This document shows, piece by piece, positions 23,980 through 36,419 of a stretch of 64,000 nucleotides of DNA. The position numbers and the translations under genes are program-made. Location of the stretch: the NCBI GenBank assembly GCA_028534125.1, contig CM052816.1, forward strand, positions 73,348,001 through 73,412,000, read 5' to 3'. Below the pieces are notes generated by a model. The model was not told the origin of the DNA. It worked only from the letters and a program-made list of their open reading frames with translations, and did not search any database. The stretch comes from Lama glama (lineage: Eukaryota). Position 1 is the first letter of the stretch. Every line of letters starts with the position of its first letter.

Positions 23980-24999
23980 GAGAGGTTTCAGTTCTTCTTT
24001 TTATTTTATATTTTTAATCAAACCAGTAAATCACTCAGCTCTTAATGATTCAGAGAGTAAAGGTTATGTCTACAAACATATGGTCTATTTCAAAATATTT
24101 ACATTAATATGTAACATAAGCAGTACAAGGTATGCAAACCACTTGCAAATGTGGTGGCACTATTGTCTTTTCCTCTCTTATTGCCTATATGACCATCCCA
24201 CCATCCACAACCCCAGCTCCTTTTGTCGTTTAATGTAAATCAACACGGACATTTTTTAATAATACGGTTGAGCCTGGTGTTAATTTTCTCAGGGTTGAAA
24301 GTCAGATTGTGTTTAGGTACTCTGTCTGAGGTTAGATGCCCTGAAGTTTTCTTCTTCCCCTCTTCGTTCAGCATCCAAACCCTTCCCTGTTAGACTTGCT
24401 TCCTCCTGGCTCCCACTTCCTCACTTCAGCAACTGCCTTTACACAGAGCAGAGGATGCGTGCACTGGGGGCCAAGTGAAAGTAGGCTGACCCAGAGCAAC
24501 TGTAGGGAGGCGGAAGGGGAGAAGGTCTGGAAGAAGCAGTGTTTCTTGCCACACAAGGGTGGCAATGTGCTGCCCGTGGAGAAAGTTAAGGCTAAGCCTC
24601 ACCCCCTGATGTCATTCTGGAGCAAGGTGATTATTACAAAGAAGTCACTAATTGGTGTCAAGTTGGAGTCTCTGTATCAGTTGGACTATGTCCCTGAAAG
24701 AGAAGGAAGGACCAACCTTTCTTCAGGATTCCATCAGGTGTGTGCTTGACCAGCTAACAGGATGGCCCTTTTGTCATGGGCTATAGTAGACCTACCTTGT
24801 CCGGTGGCTTATATGGTACCTTAATATTCTACAGCAAATTTCTGTAGTCTAAGATATTTGCAGCCTTGATCTAGTACATCATCAATCTGTATTCCAGCTG
24901 CGCTTCTTTACCTAGAAGCACTTCAGTTTCTGCCCACAGAACTTCAAGAAGTCTATTTTTTCCAACCAACTCATTTCAGTCTCCATCCATAGATGAGTC

Positions 25000-25300
25000 C
25001 ATAAGATAAACAAGTGCTAGGGATGTGATGCACAACATTACAGCGATAGCTAACTCTGCTACATGATATATATGATGGTTTTAAGTGCATAAATCCTGAG
25101 TTCTCATCGCAGGAATTCTTTCCTTTCTTCTTCTCTTCTTTATTTTCTTTTAATTGTGTATCTATATAAGAAGATGGATGTTAGCTGAACCTACTGTGGT
25201 AATCATTTCACAATATATGTGAATCAAACCATCATGCTCTATGACTTAAACGTATACAGTGATGTATGTCAATTATTTTTTCAATAAAACTAGAGAAAAA
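25000..25300 (+). mobile_element. L1MA-type 3' end
   Basis: GATGGATGTTAGCTGAACCTACTGTGGTAATCATTTCACAATATATG...TATGTCAATTAT...CAATAAAACT followed by an A-rich tail. Confidence 0.85.
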
Positions 25301-25378
25301 TGGTGGCAATGAAACTTTTACAGAAAGTTGGAAAACGAATCAAGTAAAAAAGAAACCTTCTTATGTTTGTCTTTCCAG

Positions 25379-25420
25379 GTACTGAATCTCTGGTGTGGAT
25401 AAAGATGGAGGACCCCTAAG
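25379..25420 (+). other. Candidate non-coding micro-exon (42 nt)
   Basis: Acceptor TTCTTATGTTTGTCTTTCCAG| and donor AAG|GTAATT; stops in all frames. Confidence 0.2.
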
Positions 25421-27404
25421 GTAATTAGAACCAGGGTGCATTGCTGATCAAGGAAACTGGCTGAGAAGGATAGAATAGAAATTTCATCCTCATCCATTTC
25501 AGGCAAGAAGATTAAGTGCAGAAATATCTGTATCATCAGCCAGGGAGAGCTTAACACCAGTTTTAATTGGAAGTAAACAGAGACTGTAGAGGAAGGGCAG
25601 GATGACTGGTCAAATGGGAAGCTTTGATCAGATTTCATTAGGTCATCTCCTGGAGAAACAAGCTAAAATTTACAATTGGACAAAGCGTTTCTGTCCTAAG
25701 AGTGGGCCAAAATGATACCTAATGATTATTTTATATAACAGAAACTTCTCAATATTTAACTCTCTCTGGCTTTAAAATGAAGTAAATGGCCTTTTTCCTT
25801 TACCATTCTCAAAGGGACATTTTAATAAGATACTTCCTGTGATATCTGTTAAATTCCTTTGAAGAAAAAAAGGAGGAGATAGAAGACATTATTAACATTA
25901 AAAGACTATTTATTGTTGATATGCTTTGTAACATAATTTCTGAAAAGTTCCCTTACCTCCATGACTTGAGGCAGAGATTTTACCTATTTTTAAAAAATGT
26001 TTTAGTATACAAAGCAAAACAAAGCTATGCATCTTAATTTAAGCAATGACCCATTCACATTTTAGTTCAAATTTAAAAATCTGATGCAATTACTAAGAAA
26101 GTAGTTGATGTCAAGATAGACATCCTAGATAGAAAGGATTACCCTAAAATGTGAGCATGTACTGGGAAAATAGAATTTAAATTTGTTTCTTCTGATAATA
26201 ACCCAAATAAATACAAATCCTTTACTAGTTTTCAATGCAACATTCTCTCTTTCTTTTCTTTTTTAAGTATGAAGTCTTTAAGACCACTTCAATTGAACAA
26301 ATCTAATGGAATGCTTTCAGTCTCAGAAGAATGGGACTTTTCTTAGTGCCTAATTAGCTTTCTTTTTTTTAAGTTAGGGCGATCTGCTCAGAGTCAGGCC
26401 ACCTCTTCAAAGCAGGCCTAGCAAATTCACATTATCCAAGGTCATAGTCAGTAGACAGAGTTTCCAAGCATGTCAGGTCACATTTCCTTTAGAGGTACAG
26501 GAAATGGAGAAAAGTCAGAAAGCACAGGTTACTCCATAGGCCAACAAACAACTATGTCAATTACTCCCCAGGGCACTCCAGCACAATTGAAAGAGTCTGC
26601 CACATAATTATTAGTGACATAAGCATTTGCTTTGGTCAACTTGACTTTACCTATCTGAAAGAGTCACTAAGCTACATGGGCAAATAACCTCCCCTTATTT
26701 GTATTTTCATTAAAATAGATTTATGTAGGGTCTTTAATCTGTTTATACAGTCAATTCATAAGTAGTTTATACTTTTTTAAAAACGTAGGTAAAGCAAATA
26801 CTTTCTCCTTTAGATAAAATAAAGATATAGATATTTGAATTTTATTTCAAATAATAATTCAAGATACAGTGTTACAACATTTAGCAACCAGTAAAATAAG
26901 TATATTTGCTTTCTTATTCCTTTATAATTTAATTTCTGGAATTGGTGCTAATAAGCAACTAATTTTCAAAAATCAATTACCTTGAAAAATAATGAAATAC
27001 TGGAACTAGATACTTTATAAACTGGTAAATCTTATGCAATAGATGATTCTAACAGCTGTGAACAAATTTAAATTTTGAAAAAAGGAACCATATTAAATGT
27101 TTTAAGGATATTCAGTGGTACAGGGATTCCAAGGTGATTCTTAGAAAAGGGAATATATATATATTTAATATAAACAAACCTACAAAAATACTTCTCCAAA
27201 TATTCTTTTTATATCTGGGGTTCATTTATCAAATTGATAAACAAAATTGAGCTATCCTGAGGTAACTTAGTCAAATGATATTTATTAAGTTAACTACATG
27301 CTCACTTGTAGTTTTATTCAGTAACAGAAAAGTTTATTATAACCTCTCCGGAAGTATCTTATGCACTCTTTTCACACTATGCTTCAAAGTAACATCATGA
27401 TGGT

Positions 27405-28030
27405 TGTATTAGCTTCCCATTGGTGTTGTAACAATTTACCACAAAAGTAGAGGCTTAAGACAACACCCATCAATTATCTCATGGTTCAGTAGGTCAGAAA
27501 TCTGGGTTGGTTTCACTGGTTTCTCTGCTCTAGATCCCATGAGGACATCATTAAGTTGTCAGCTCACCAGCCTGTTATTGAGAGGCTCTGAGAATCTGCT
27601 TCCAGGCTCATTTAGGTCACTAGCAGAATCTAGTTCCTTGGAGGTGTAGGACTGATATCCCATTTCTTTGCTGGCTGTCAGCTGGAAGCCATCCTTAACT
27701 CCTAGAAGCTTCTCTTCAGTTCTTGCACATGGGTAGGTCCTTCCATCTCAGAGCCCACAACAGTGCCTTGAATCCTTCTAATGCATGGAAGCTTTTTGAA
27801 TTCCACTTTTGCACATCTCATTGATGGTCTTCCTCTTCTGCTTTTAAGGGCTCCTGTGAGACACTGGTCCCAACCGGATGATTAGAAACAATCTCTCTAT
27901 TTTAAAGTTGGCTCATTAGTAACCTTAATCACATCTGCAAAGTCTCTTTCATATCAGTACATAGATTTTGATAAGATCTTCAGGGGACAAGACTATTAGA
28001 GGGGCATCTATAGCATTTTGTCCATAAACT
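27405..28030 (-). mobile_element. MLT1E/F-like MaLR LTR
   Basis: TGTATTAGCTTCCCATTGGTGTTGTAACAATTTACCACAAA...TTGCTGGCTGTCAGCTGG...CCTTAATCACATCTGCAAAGTC. Confidence 0.8.
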
Positions 28031-28866
28031 AAATAATGGTCTCATCACAAGTGGCTCACATGTAGCCATAGTAAGCACATTTTAAAACCAGTAGTCATCT
28101 TTTCCATAGTGATTAAGAGAATAAACTTTGACTCTGCCTTTAATCCTCTAAGGAATTCCAACTAATTCGTACAACCAAACATCTTGAAAAGCTATAGGAT
28201 ATAGAAAGAAAGCAAACTAAAATTAGAAGTAGAATAAGAGAGAAACAAAACATACCAACACCAATACCAACATACCAAATATTATAAATATTTTGAACTC
28301 AATAATGCTGAGATTTTAAAATAAACTTTTAGGGTAGTTTACATTATGCTGTGGCCATTTATATTCATTAAAGGTGAACATCTGTTTGTCATTTAAGGGT
28401 ATCTGATGAATGCTGAACCTCAGAATAGATTTTTGCACTCAAATTTACAAGTGTTTTTACTGGAAAGGTTCTTAGTGGGAACTTCCAGATTAACTGTTGA
28501 TTTCCTGCTTGAATTTAGAATCTTTGAGTCTACTGAGGTAGAAATGTTGAAATAGGCTAATACTAGGTTTGTCAGATAGAACATAAACAGTGCTAGGGTT
28601 AAATATGTCTGAATCTTGATTGGTGGCACCCACAAAAGTCCTACAGAATTTCTTTTGTTCTGAAGAACCTCCCCAGAGAGAATTGTTACTAAAGGGATGA
28701 GGCAGGTATGCGAGATGACCTTTATTTTCAAAGCAGAATAGGGATACTGAGTATAGTGTGGCACTTGTCTTTCACAAATAAAACAAGTTCTAATTCTGAG
28801 AAGCATTTATGGGGAAATAACACCTGAAAGATCTAGTCACATGTCTCTGCTTAAAAAAGCTGGGGA

Positions 28867-30611
28867 CCTTATCAAATTACTAATGGCATTTTTCACAGAA
28901 CTAAAACAAAAAGTTTTTAAATTTGTATGGAAACACAAATTAGCCTGAATGGCCAAAACAATCATAAAAAAGAAGAATGGAACAAGAGGAATCATGCTAC
29001 CTGACCTCAGATTATACTATAAAGCTACAGTAATCAAAAAAGTATAGTAGCTGACAGAAATATAGATCAATGGAACAGGATAGAGAGCCCAGAAATAAAC
29101 CCATGCACTTATCGTCAATTTATCCAAGACAAAGGAGGCAAGATTATATAATGGAGAGAAGTCAGTCTCTTCAAGTGATACTGGGAAAGCTGGACAGATA
29201 CATATAAAAGAATAAAATTAAAACATTCCCTAACAACATATACAAAAATAAACTCAAAATGGATTGAAGACCTAAATGGAAGGCTGGATACTATAAACCT
29301 CCTAGAGGAAAAACATAGGCAGAAGACTCTTTGACATATATCACAGCAATATTTTGGCAGGGGGGTGGGTCTCCCAGAGTAATGGAAATAAAACCAAAAA
29401 TAAACAAATGGGACCTAATAAACTTAAAAGCTTTTGCACCACAAAGGAGACCATAAACAAAATGAAAAGACAACCTATGGAATGGGAGAAAATATTTGCA
29501 AATGATGCAACCAACAAGGGATTAATTTCCAAAATATACAAACAGCTCATACACCCTGATATAAAACAAAACAAAACAAAACAAAACAAAAACCCAACCT
29601 AATCAGAAAATGGGCAGAAGACCTAAACAGATACTTCTCCAAAGAAGACATACAGATGGCCAACAGGCACATGAAAGATGCTCAGTATAGCTAATTATTA
29701 GAGAAATGCAAATCAAAACTTCAAAGATGTATCACCTAACATGATATATCACTGCCACACCAGTCCAAATGGCCATGATCATAAAGTCTACAAATAATAA
29801 ATACTGGAGAGAGTGTGCAGTAAAAGGAACCCTCCCATACTGTTGGTGGGAATGCAAGGTAGTGCAGCTACTATGGAGAACGGTATGCAAGTTTTTTTTT
29901 TAAACTAAAAATAGAGTTACCATTCGGTCCAGAAATCCTACTCATGGGCATATATCTGTAAAAGATGAAAACTCTAATTTGAAAAGATACATACACCCCA
30001 ATGTTCATAGCAGCACTATTTACAACAGCCAAGATATAGAAGCAACCTAAATGTCCATTGACAGATGAATGGATAAAAAAGATGTGATACACACACACAC
30101 ACACACACATACATTTAATGGAATGTTACTTGGCCATAAAAAAAGTATTAAATAATGCCATTTGCAGCAACATGGATGGATCTGGAGATTATCATATTAA
30201 GTGAAGTAAGTCTGACAGAGAAAGACAGTATCATATGATATCACATATGTGAAATCTTAAAAAACAAGATACAAATAAACTTATTTACAAAACAGAAATA
30301 GGCTCACAGGCTTAAAAGAAAAACTTATGGTTACCAAAGGGGAAAGAGGGGAGAGGGACAAATTAGGAGTTTGGAATTAACAGATACTAACTACTATATG
30401 TAAAATAGATAAACAACAAGTACCTACTGCATAGCACAGGGAACTATATTCAATATCTTATAATAATTTATAACGGAAAAGAATCTGAAAAGGAATATAT
30501 ATATATACATATATATATATATGAATAAACCACTGAATAACTGAACCATTGAAACTAACACAACATTGTAAATCAACTATACTTCAATAAAAAAAATAAA
30601 TAAATTTTTTT
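28867..30611 (+). mobile_element. 5'-truncated L1 (ORF2 C-terminal part + 3' UTR + A tail), inactive
   Basis: ORF-track peptide [28 protein letters not shown] is L1 ORF2; AATAAA and A tail at about 30587; TSD AAAAGCTGGGGA (28855-28866) / AAAAGTTGGGAA (30612-30623) after a TT/AAAA site; many frameshifts. Confidence 0.95.
30089..30112. repeat. (CA)n microsatellite inside L1
   Basis: Direct reading. Confidence 0.9.
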
Positions 30612-30759
30612 AAAAGTTGGGAAAATACAGTTCTCGGTGTGATCCAGGAAGGAAAAGAAAAGCAGTGAGCACTAGTAATGTCTATATAAATGTGCTATTA
30701 TTTTTATTTTTATGGTGATTTTGCAGCTGATCACTTTTCCAAATTCTCTTATAATTTTT

Positions 30760-32660
30760 GGTTTCATTCATTCATGATCTTGGACTTCCTATGTAGATAA
30801 TGTTATCTAAAAATAATATTAATTTTACCTATTTCTTCCATATTCCTTCTTTGTTTCTACCTTATATTATTGATCTGGCTCCCATAAAGGTGTAATTTTA
30901 TTTTGTTCCTGACTTTAATAGAAATGCTTGTAGAATTTCTCAGAAAGTGTGGCTTTTACCGTAGGCTATTAGCTGCTACCTTTTACGATACTAAAGTAGT
31001 TCCCTTATGGTTCTTGTTTGTTAAGAGTTTTTACGATAAGTAATTATTTAATTTTCAAAGTCTTGGTCTATTATGATCTGTTTTTCTCCAATCAACTTTG
31101 AATGTGTTGAATTATATTGATGGATTTTTTTTTTTAAATAATACTGAATCATCCATGAACTCTTAGGAGATAGTCTACTAGGTAAAGTTGTATGTGTGCA
31201 TGTGGGTGTATGAGTTTATGTGTGTGTTAACATATGGTTGGATTTAATTCAACACACTTTTGTTAGGATTTACGTTAAGTGAAACTGGCTAATAATTTTG
31301 TCTGGTTTGGATATCAAAGTTACATTGTCCTGCTAAGTTAATTTTTGTCGCTCTCTTTTCTTTTCACATCTAGAAAACAAGTTGCATATAAGAGAGCAAT
31401 TCCATTCTTGAAATTTTACCAAACCTTAAATGTAACACAATTTGGTTTTGGCAGGCTAAAAAAACTGAACAATTTTTGGCTGATTCAATTCTTCTCTTTA
31501 TTTTGTCAATTCAGGGCTTTTTTAAAAAGCATGTTTAACAAGCTTGGTAATTAATGTGTTTCCAAAAAAATCATTGATTTCATCTAGTTTTTCACATGTA
31601 TGAATATACATTTGTTCATAACATTCTTTTTAAAAAATTTCTGTATTACCTTTCCTATGCAAACCATTTCATTCTTAGTGTTACTTGCTTTCCCTGTCTC
31701 TTGCTCTCCCTCCCTTTTTTTCTATTTTTTTGTAATCTTCCCAGAGTTTTACTTCTCATTGTTTAAGGAAAAAAATGGGGAGGGGGACTTGGTTTTGTTA
31801 ACATATGCTTTTTATTGTTAGTTTGTTTTCAAGTTCCTTAAATTTTAATATTTATCTTTCTTATTTTCTTTTTTCTATTTAATTATGTTTATTTTCAGTC
31901 TCACTGACTTCCTGAGTTGTTTATCTTAGCAGTGTTTCTTGTCTTCTAAGAAATAAATTGATAATAATTTTATCCTAAAGTGATATAAAGATTATGTAAT
32001 TGTTCTAATGATTTTCTATTTAAGCCATACATTATAGAAAAGTCTGTTTTCAGAGTTTCAAATTTTGTCACTATCCTATAGTTGTTAGAATTTAATTTCA
32101 AAGCATCATGTTCAGAAAATGTGATCTATAAAATGCTAATATTTTTAATTAATTGAGATTCCCTTAATGGCTTACTATACTGTCAAGTTTTGTATTTGTT
32201 AAGCATGTTGATCAACTTTAGTAAAGTACATGTTTCTAGAAAATTGTCAATTTCACCTGTTTTCAAATGTATAAATATAAAATATTTTTCAGTCTATTTT
32301 TAAACAATATCTGCTCTGATTTTGCCTGCAAATATCTATGTGTATCTATTAGCTCAGAGTTCCCAATTATATCACTAAACCATTTATGTTATTAGTTATT
32401 CCTTACCTGCTGATTCTGTGAGAGTGTAATCTTCTGGAATGATTATTAAGTTCTAATTAATTCTCTGTAATTCTGTTAAATTTTGCTTGATATATTTTCA
32501 GGTTCTGTTGTTAGGTCCATGAAAGTCTACAATGATTACAGCTTCTTGGTGGATTACTTTATTTGTGCAAAAAATTTTCCCACTGTGTCCTTTTTAAGTT
32601 TTTTTCACATTATATTTGATTTTACCTGATGTTAATATTGTCCTCCAGCTCTCTTAACAT
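30760..32660 (-). mobile_element. Highly diverged old L1 (L1M5/L1ME-type) ORF2 fragments
   Basis: T-rich antisense L1 motifs: TTGTTCCTGACTTTAATAGAAATGCTT, TTGAATTATATTGATGGATTTT, TTTTGCTTGATATATTTTCAGGTTCTGTTGTTAGGT. Confidence 0.7.
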
Positions 32661-32867
32661 TAATACCTCAAAGTGCATCATAACACATTCAGAAGGAAAG
32701 GAGAATGTTTTGTGGATCATTTGTTTTGTGTGTGTATGTGTGTGTGTGGCAGTTTTAAGTTGTTAGTTTTTAAAATCAGTACTTTTTAATGGAAACAACT
32801 TGACCAAAAATCTGTCACAGAATTTTTAGACCCATTGAAACAAAGATTAATGAGAAAAAAATTACCC

Positions 32868-33230
32868 AGTGTCCCTGAGAATCATTCTCCTTCAGGGATC
32901 TCGTGAGGGCGAAACCATTTTCTTAATAATACTAAGATGTTCTTTGTACTTCATTCTCAATGTCTCATAAGTAACAATGGAGATTTCCAAAGGTTACATG
33001 ACATGTGATATGGCAACAAACTGAATGTAAACACAGATTTGAGAATTCAGCTGTCCTCTATTAACCAAGACATTAAAGATTCACAAAAATGCATAGTAGT
33101 GCAACTCCACATTAATTTATTTTTTGTTTTGCTTTTCAAAAAAGTTCTTTATATCAACATATAATGAGTTGATAACTGTTACTTTAAAAGGTGCTAGTAA
33201 ACATTTGATTTTTCCTAGCATTTATTGAAC
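32868..33230. mobile_element. Charlie1-family (MER106-like) hAT DNA transposon fragment
   Basis: ATAATACTAAGATG...GGTTACATGACATGTGATA...GAGAATTCAGCTGTCCTCTATTAACCAAGACATTAAAGA. Confidence 0.75.
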
Positions 33231-33779
33231 TCACCACATTTTCTCTACCAATCTATTTCTAAAAATACTAATTGTCACTTTTATATTCTAAATATAAAAG
33301 ATTACCTTAAGATATTTATTTTAAAAGAGTCAGTGTTCCTATTTTTTTTCTTACAAAAAGTGTGGAGAATTTTGCACTATTTTACTTCTTAATGTATTCT
33401 AACTGCTGTCCCATTTCCCTAGCATCTATATCCAGCATTCTTACATGTTTGCTGTGGGAGGCAGAATTTTATTTCATTCTGCCATTCTTTTTCAGAAGCC
33501 ATGATATTTTTTCTAATGACGGACAGTTCTTGCTTAAAAGAAACTTTGGACCTACTATTAACATAATAAAATTCTCTCCCTTTACACGCTTAATGGTTTC
33601 ACAGTTTCTTTAAAAAAAAAAAAAGAAGAAGAAGAAAGAAAAAAAAGAAATCATAAACTTAGTCTAACATTTAATCAATGCTAATCCAATACATTTTCCA
33701 GTCTGATTTTCCACTATGGCTACTGAAAATATACACTTAAAACAACTAGATTACAGGACAATTCCTAGACATGTTTCAT

Positions 33780-34110
33780 CATTTACCATCTCTATGCCTG
33801 TGCTATTCTCTACTTCTGCCTTGAATTCCCTCCTCAGTCTTCAAATTTCTATAACCAACTTGAACCACGGTCTAGTGTTAAGTCCCTTCTTCTACAAAGA
33901 CCTCCCTAGAAGCCCATATGGAAGCAATTCCTATGCACTGAATTCTTAAGCATTTGTATCATCAAAATGCAGGTACATTTTGCTGCCTTGCCTTATAGTT
34001 ATCTGAGGTTTTTATCCTATTTCCCCAATTACAATATAAGTTCTTTGAGGGCAGAAATTATTCAACACATGTTTGATTCTCCCACATCACTAAACACAGG
34101 ATTATTTAGG
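33780..34110 (+). mobile_element. L2 3' fragment
   Basis: ATATAAGTTCTTTGAGGGCAGAAATTA and upstream L2 motifs. Confidence 0.55.
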
Positions 34111-34807
34111 AAACATTATGGAAACTAATTTTCAGGAATGTGACAGTAAAACCAATTGTCATAGAGTTAAGCAATTACTTTATGGTTTTCTGATAGGAGA
34201 TCATGATACCTTTCTAGGGTAGGAGAAACAGTCTTAGCACACAGCTAGTACCCTTGGTTTGGGTATACACATTGGGAACCAATCCACCACGGGTTGATAG
34301 GGAGAAAAGAGTTGCAACTTGGGGGTTTCCTACAACCATGCTTTGCATTCACAGCTTCAGCCAAGATCCAAGAAGCAACAAAAAGAGTAGCTTCTTTAGC
34401 TACCACAGTCTCTTTCTCTACTGCCATTTGCCAAATCATCTTAGGGCACTCTGCAAAAGAGCTAATGAAATCACTACGTTCTAAACTTATTAGCAACTGT
34501 AGTCCATAGACACAGACATTTCTAAAGCATTTCACAACATTTTTCAATAACCTTTAACACTCTTTCATCAATACGCACGATGCAGGTCAGAAAGGGAAAG
34601 AAATGTAGTAGACTATTGAAATGCAGTGTGCCTACCTTACACAGGATGACACTTGCCAGCAATGATTTTACTTATCCTGATTTTCTCCATTTTCACAAAG
34701 ACATGTATTACCATCTGAACTGCAGAATACATTTGTGTATGTAAAATATAACTTACAAGTAGTTGCCATAGTTCACTTTTCCAAATATGTAAATCACCTG
34801 CTCTCTT

Positions 34808-35105
34808 TAGTTTAGTTCGACAAATAATTATCGAGTGCCTGCTATTTTCCAGATTCTATATTGGGCAATAAGTATGTGAAGATGAATAGAACACAATCCC
34901 TGTTCCCAGTGTGCTAGAGGCAGTGGAGGAAAGAAACACCCAAAGAGATAATGTCAATATAATGTGGGAAGGTCTCTGATAAGAGGTATGAGGATACATT
35001 TGGTTTCAGGAAAGGCTTCCATGATAAGTTGACCCCTGGTGGAGTGCTTGAAGGTGAATATAAGTTAGCCAGATGATTTTCAGCAAAGCATTTCAGACAG
35101 AGGTG
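34808..35105 (-). mobile_element. L2 3' end
   Basis: TTCGACAAATAATTATCGAGTGCCTGCTA...AAGATGAATAGAACACAATCCCTG...CAGGAAAGGCTTCC. Confidence 0.7.
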
Positions 35106-35299
35106 TTAAGTACCCTTCTACAGTGAGCCTTTTAGAAATACTAAAAGGCTGTGGGGAAGACCAGGAGTTGGGGCCAGCCAGTTAGGTGATGAAGAGAACC
35201 TTGTATCGCATGATAATAAGCTGAGAGTTAAGTTATGTTACCATGTCCCTGACTGGGTTGTTGGGGGAGACTAGAATCTTGGAGAATAAATCAGGTTCT

Positions 35300-35512
35300 C
35301 TTGACAAAAACATATAGTCAAAACAATCTCCCTTTCAGAAACTCATGTTGAAAAATTTAAAGGCTATGAGAAGTCCTGAAGTCAAGAATCTGCCTTCATG
35401 TTAACCCAGCATTTCCCAAACTTACTTGGCTTCTAACCATTTTTTTCACAGAATAACTGCTAACATCCCATGTGACTCAAGTGCGTCACAAAACAAAGTT
35501 GGGGAGCTATTG
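35300..35512. mobile_element. hAT-Charlie-type DNA transposon fragment
   Basis: AAGGCTATGAGAAGTCCTG...AACCCAGCATTTCCCAAACTTA...AAAGTTGGGGAGCTATTG. Confidence 0.55.
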
Positions 35513-36419
35513 GACATAAGCAATGGAAAGCTACTGGGCTTGTCACTTTGCACGTATGTTGATGAATTTGGACTTTATCTGGCATTCAGTAGGGGACCGT
35601 CAACACTGTTCCAGCAGGAAAATGGCTTGACTGGAGCTGTGACTCAGAGAAAACTCAACAAGGATGTTAAGGATGGACTGGAGGGGAGACAGGCAGGAGG
35701 CTGGAACACTAGTAAGGGAATTCATTCTTGGAACAGTTCAAAATATAAAACTATAAACATATGTTTTGGAAATGTTTCTAGGTTTAATAAATTCTATGAT
35801 AATATACTAGGGAGATTTCTTTGAAAATCCATAACAGATGCCAGCAAGAGCACTATTCACTTTATCATCAATTACCATATATTTGAGATCTCCAGGGGGC
35901 ACTGTGCATGTATATAACAACCAAAAACAAATTGCAACAGGCTTGCCTTGCTGTCAAACTGGAGCAACAACGATCAAGATAAAGATAATTAACTTCAGGT
36001 GGATCCAATTACTATAGTCAGTCACTACCCAACTATTTATTAAGTACCCACAGGGTGCACAGCACTTTACTAGGTTCTTGTAAAAATCCATAAAGATATT
36101 AAGAACAGAATTTTTCCACCACAATAATATGTAATTGGTATTGGGTTTGAATAAAAACAGGGCTCCCTGTGGATCATCAAGACAGAGCACATACGGAGGA
36201 GGACAACCACCCATGAGCAACCACTAAACAACTAAGCTCAGAGTCCAGTCAAAGAAAATAGACCTTTAAATTCCATCATTGGAGAGGGTATTGCATTAGA
36301 TAACTTACAAAGTTTTAAAATATGTATAAGTTTATGATTAGATGGAAAACTTGGGATAACTCAGAAAGTCTGGGCCACAAGCAATTCCAGCACTTGAGAA
36401 CTGAGCTAATAGATAGTGC

